This document shows, one piece after another, positions 60,974-64,000 of a stretch of 64,000 nt of DNA (the first letter of the stretch is position 1; the number at the start of each line of letters is the position of its first letter). Below the pieces are notes generated by a model. It saw only the letters and a list, made by a program, of their open reading frames with translations, was not told where the DNA came from and did not search any database. The stretch is taken from assembly GCA_038905815.1 (NCBI GenBank), contig JBCKHN010000002.1, forward strand, positions 10,916-74,915, read 5' to 3'. The translations under genes and the position numbers were made by a program. The DNA is from Candidatus Planktophila sp. Its GTDB lineage: Bacteria > Actinomycetota > Actinomycetes > Nanopelagicales > Nanopelagicaceae.

Positions 60974-63820
60974 GTGATTGAGAAACTTATTGTTCGTGGT
61001 GCGCGCGAACATAATCTCAAGAATATTTCTATCGAGCTTCCGCGCGATGCCCTAATTGTTTTTACTGGACTTTCTGGCTCCGGCAAATCAAGTTTGGCTT
61101 TTGACACAATTTTCGCAGAAGGCCAACGGCGCTACGTTGAATCGCTATCGGCATATGCACGCCAATTCTTAGGACAGCTGAATAAGCCAGATGTAGATTT
61201 TATAGAAGGTTTATCACCAGCAGTATCCATAGATCAGAAATCTACCAATAGAAACCCACGTTCTACCGTAGGAACAATCACTGAGGTTTATGACTATCTC
61301 CGTCTACTTTTTGCACGCGCGGGTCGCCCACATTGTCCTAATTGCGGAAGCGCGGTCGCTAGGCAGACGCCGCAGGCGATTGTTGATCAAGTTCTTGCAA
61401 TGCCGGAGACAACGAAATTTCAAGTATTGGCACCAGTGGTACGTGCACGGAAAGGGGAGTTCGTAGAACTTTTCAATGAGCTCCTAACTCAAGGCTATTC
61501 GCGGGCACGCGTTGATGGTGAAGTGATCGCACTCTCAGACCCACCAAAGCTAAAGAAGCAAGAAAAACACACAATTGAAGTTGTAGTTGATCGATTAAGC
61601 GCTAAAGCAGGCTCGAAATCACGTTTAACTGATTCAATTGAAACAGCGCTGAAGTTAGCATCTGGTGTCGTTGTACTGGATTTTGTGGACGCCGAAGGCG
61701 ATGAAAGAGAGCGCACTTACAGCGAACATTTAGCTTGTCATGGGTGTGAACTTTCTTTCGAAGAGCTAGAACCTCGATCTTTCTCGTTTAATTCACCGTT
61801 CGGGGCTTGTCCGCAGTGTGGCGGAATTGGTACGAAGTTAGAAGTAGATGAAGACCTCATAATTCCAGATGATTTAATATCAATTACGGAAGGCGCGATT
61901 GCACCATGGTCTGGCGGTCAAGCCTCAGAGTACTTCCTAAGGCTATTGGAAGCGCTTTCAAAAGAAGTGAAGTTCTCTTTGGACGTTCCGTGGAAAAAAT
62001 TATCAACTAAAGCAAAAGATGCCATTATTAATGGGTTTGAATTTAAAGTTCATGTTAAATATAGGAATCGATATGGTCGCACGCGTAACTACAGCACAGG
62101 TTTTGAGGGCGTAGTTCCGTTTATTCATCGTCGCCATAGTGATACCGATAGTAATTACAGCCGTGAAAAGTACGAAGCTTATATGCGCGAAATCCCTTGT
62201 GATGTCTGTAAAGGTGCACGTTTGAAGCCAGAAGTTCTAGCGGTAACTCTGGGCGGCAAGAACATCTCAGAAATTTGTGAATTAGCGATCTCAGAGTGCG
62301 CCGAGTTTCTTGAGGGAATAAAATTGACTGCGCGAGAAACTCAAATCGCTGAACGGGTGTTGAAGGAAGTTCACGCACGTTTAAGATTCTTGCTCAATGT
62401 CGGTCTAGATTACTTATCTTTAGCACGACCGGCGGCAACGCTTTCAGGAGGCGAAGCGCAGCGCATTCGATTGGCAACGCAAATTGGCAGTGGTCTTGTT
62501 GGAGTTCTTTACGTTTTGGATGAGCCGAGCATTGGTTTACATCAACGTGACAACCGTCGTTTAATTGCAACCCTCACGCGTTTGCGAGATCTCGGCAATA
62601 CCCTCATCGTGGTCGAACACGATGAAGAAACTATTCGCGCAGCAGATTGGATTGTAGATATTGGTCCGGGGGCGGGCGAACATGGCGGCCAAGTGGTTGT
62701 TTCAGGTGACTATCAAGCTCTTATCGGGTCAAAGGAATCGATTACCGGAGCATATTTGTCAGGACGTAAATCGATTCCCATCCCAGAAATTCGCCGCCGG
62801 ATTGATCCGAAACGGGTTTTGGTAATTAAGGGAGCGAAAGAAAATAACCTTAAAGATTTGGAAGTCAAAATTCCGTTAGGCGCTTTTGTAGCGATAACTG
62901 GCGTTAGTGGATCAGGTAAGTCAACCCTCATTAACGATATTTTGTACGTTGTTTTAGCTAATAAGCTCAATGGCGCGCGACAAGTTCCGGGCCGTCACAG
63001 AACTGTTACTGGGATTGAATTGCTTGATAAAGCGGTTCACGTCGAACAAACACCAATCGGGCGGACGCCACGTTCGAATCCTGCAACATACACTGGAGTT
63101 TTTGACAAGATTCGAGCGCTTTTCGCCGAAACTAGCGAAGCTAAAGTACGCGGTTATTTACCGGGACGTTTCTCTTTTAACGTTAAAGGCGGACGCTGCG
63201 AACATTGTTCTGGCGATGGGACAATCACCATTGCAATGAACTTCTTGCCTGATGTTTATGTCCCGTGCGAAGTTTGCCACGGGGCTCGATATAACCGCGA
63301 AACTCTTGAAGTCCACTACAAAGGTAAAACTATTTCTCAAGTATTGGACATGCCAATTGAAGAAGCTTACGCATTTTTCGAATCTGTGCAGACCATTGCT
63401 CGCTTCTTAAAAACACTATGCGATGTTGGTTTAGGTTACGTGCGGTTAGGTCAAAGCGCACCAACTCTTTCAGGTGGTGAAGCGCAACGCGTCAAACTTG
63501 CGACCGAGTTGCAGCGACGTTCAACCGGTCGAACTATTTATGTTCTAGACGAACCAACAACGGGTCTGCATTTTGAAGATGTCAATAAGTTACTAGGAGT
63601 ACTTAATCGTTTAGTAGATACGGGCAATACCGTTCTGGTAATTGAACATAATCTCGATGTTATTAAATCTTCAGACTGGATTATTGACATGGGTCCCGAA
63701 GGTGGTTTCCGCGGGGGAACGATAGTGGCCCAAGGAACTCCTGAAGTAGTTGCTAAAGATAAGAAAAGTTACACGGGTCAATATTTAGCGCAGATTCTCA
63801 AGCCCAACCGATCGAAGTAA
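60974..63820 (+). CDS. uvrA: Excinuclease ABC subunit A
   Basis: [17 protein letters not shown], zinc fingers, two LSGGEAQR motifs and GVSGSGKS. Confidence 0.98.
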   Translation: MIEKLIVRGAREHNLKNISIELPRDALIVFTGLSGSGKSSLAFDTIFAEGQRRYVESLSAYARQFLGQLNKPDVDFIEGLSPAVSIDQKSTNRNPRSTVGTITEVYDYLRLLFARAGRPHCPNCGSAVARQTPQAIVDQVLAMPETTKFQVLAPVVRARKGEFVELFNELLTQGYSRARVDGEVIALSDPPKLKKQEKHTIEVVVDRLSAKAGSKSRLTDSIETALKLASGVVVLDFVDAEGDERERTYSEHLACHGCELSFEELEPRSFSFNSPFGACPQCGGIGTKLEVDEDLIIPDDLISITEGAIAPWSGGQASEYFLRLLEALSKEVKFSLDVPWKKLSTKAKDAIINGFEFKVHVKYRNRYGRTRNYSTGFEGVVPFIHRRHSDTDSNYSREKYEAYMREIPCDVCKGARLKPEVLAVTLGGKNISEICELAISECAEFLEGIKLTARETQIAERVLKEVHARLRFLLNVGLDYLSLARPAATLSGGEAQRIRLATQIGSGLVGVLYVLDEPSIGLHQRDNRRLIATLTRLRDLGNTLIVVEHDEETIRAADWIVDIGPGAGEHGGQVVVSGDYQALIGSKESITGAYLSGRKSIPIPEIRRRIDPKRVLVIKGAKENNLKDLEVKIPLGAFVAITGVSGSGKSTLINDILYVVLANKLNGARQVPGRHRTVTGIELLDKAVHVEQTPIGRTPRSNPATYTGVFDKIRALFAETSEAKVRGYLPGRFSFNVKGGRCEHCSGDGTITIAMNFLPDVYVPCEVCHGARYNRETLEVHYKGKTISQVLDMPIEEAYAFFESVQTIARFLKTLCDVGLGYVRLGQSAPTLSGGEAQRVKLATELQRRSTGRTIYVLDEPTTGLHFEDVNKLLGVLNRLVDTGNTVLVIEHNLDVIKSSDWIIDMGPEGGFRGGTIVAQGTPEVVAKDKKSYTGQYLAQILKPNRSK

Positions 63821-63825
63821 GCGCT

Positions 63826-64000
63826 ATGGCAGAGCCTTTCACATATAGACCAACAGAGATTCCAGAACTTCCCGGCGTGTACAGATTCTTCAACGCAAAA
63901 GATGAAGTCATATATGTTGGTAAGGCAATCAACTTAAAATCAAGGCTGAGTACTTACTTTCAAAGCGGCTTGGCGCAACGCACTCACCGCATGGTTCACG
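63826..64000 (+). CDS. uvrC: Excinuclease ABC subunit C, 3'-truncated by window edge
   Basis: My translation: [46 protein letters not shown], the GIY-YIG N-terminus of UvrC. Confidence 0.95.
   Translation, partial: MAEPFTYRPTEIPELPGVYRFFNAKDEVIYVGKAINLKSRLSTYFQSGLAQRTHRMVH

Overview
A 64-kb stretch of very densely packed actinobacterial housekeeping genes, moderate GC (roughly 45-50% by eye). The compaction suggests a streamlined freshwater acI/Nanopelagicales-type genome (inference). Gene order: dinB (partial), DUF3040, a divergent GNAT + NSAR/OSBS pair, the dcw cluster (mraZ to ftsZ, pgeF, yggS, sepF, yggT; no divIVA), ileS (type 2, GXHH motif), a histone-like DksA/DdbA, lspA, rluD, dnaE, his genes with priA, trp genes, lgt, VIT1, gltBD, pyk, tRNA-Leu(CAA), an ANTAR regulator, a liv ABC transporter, PaaI, polA, rpsA, coaE and uvrB-uvrA-uvrC (partial). 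I see no mobile element, prophage, CRISPR or defence system. The most interesting signals are small. They are: a candidate pseudoknot/switch RNA filling the gltB leader; a regulator gene starting 1 nt after a tRNA 3' end; an uncalled 58-aa miniaturised Trp-operon membrane protein; a putative D-amino-acid salvage pair facing the dcw promoter; absence of divIVA from its usual slot; a substrate-binding protein with no lipobox and an occluded RBS; and pervasive leaderless promoters. All product calls come from motif recognition and gene context, not database searches.
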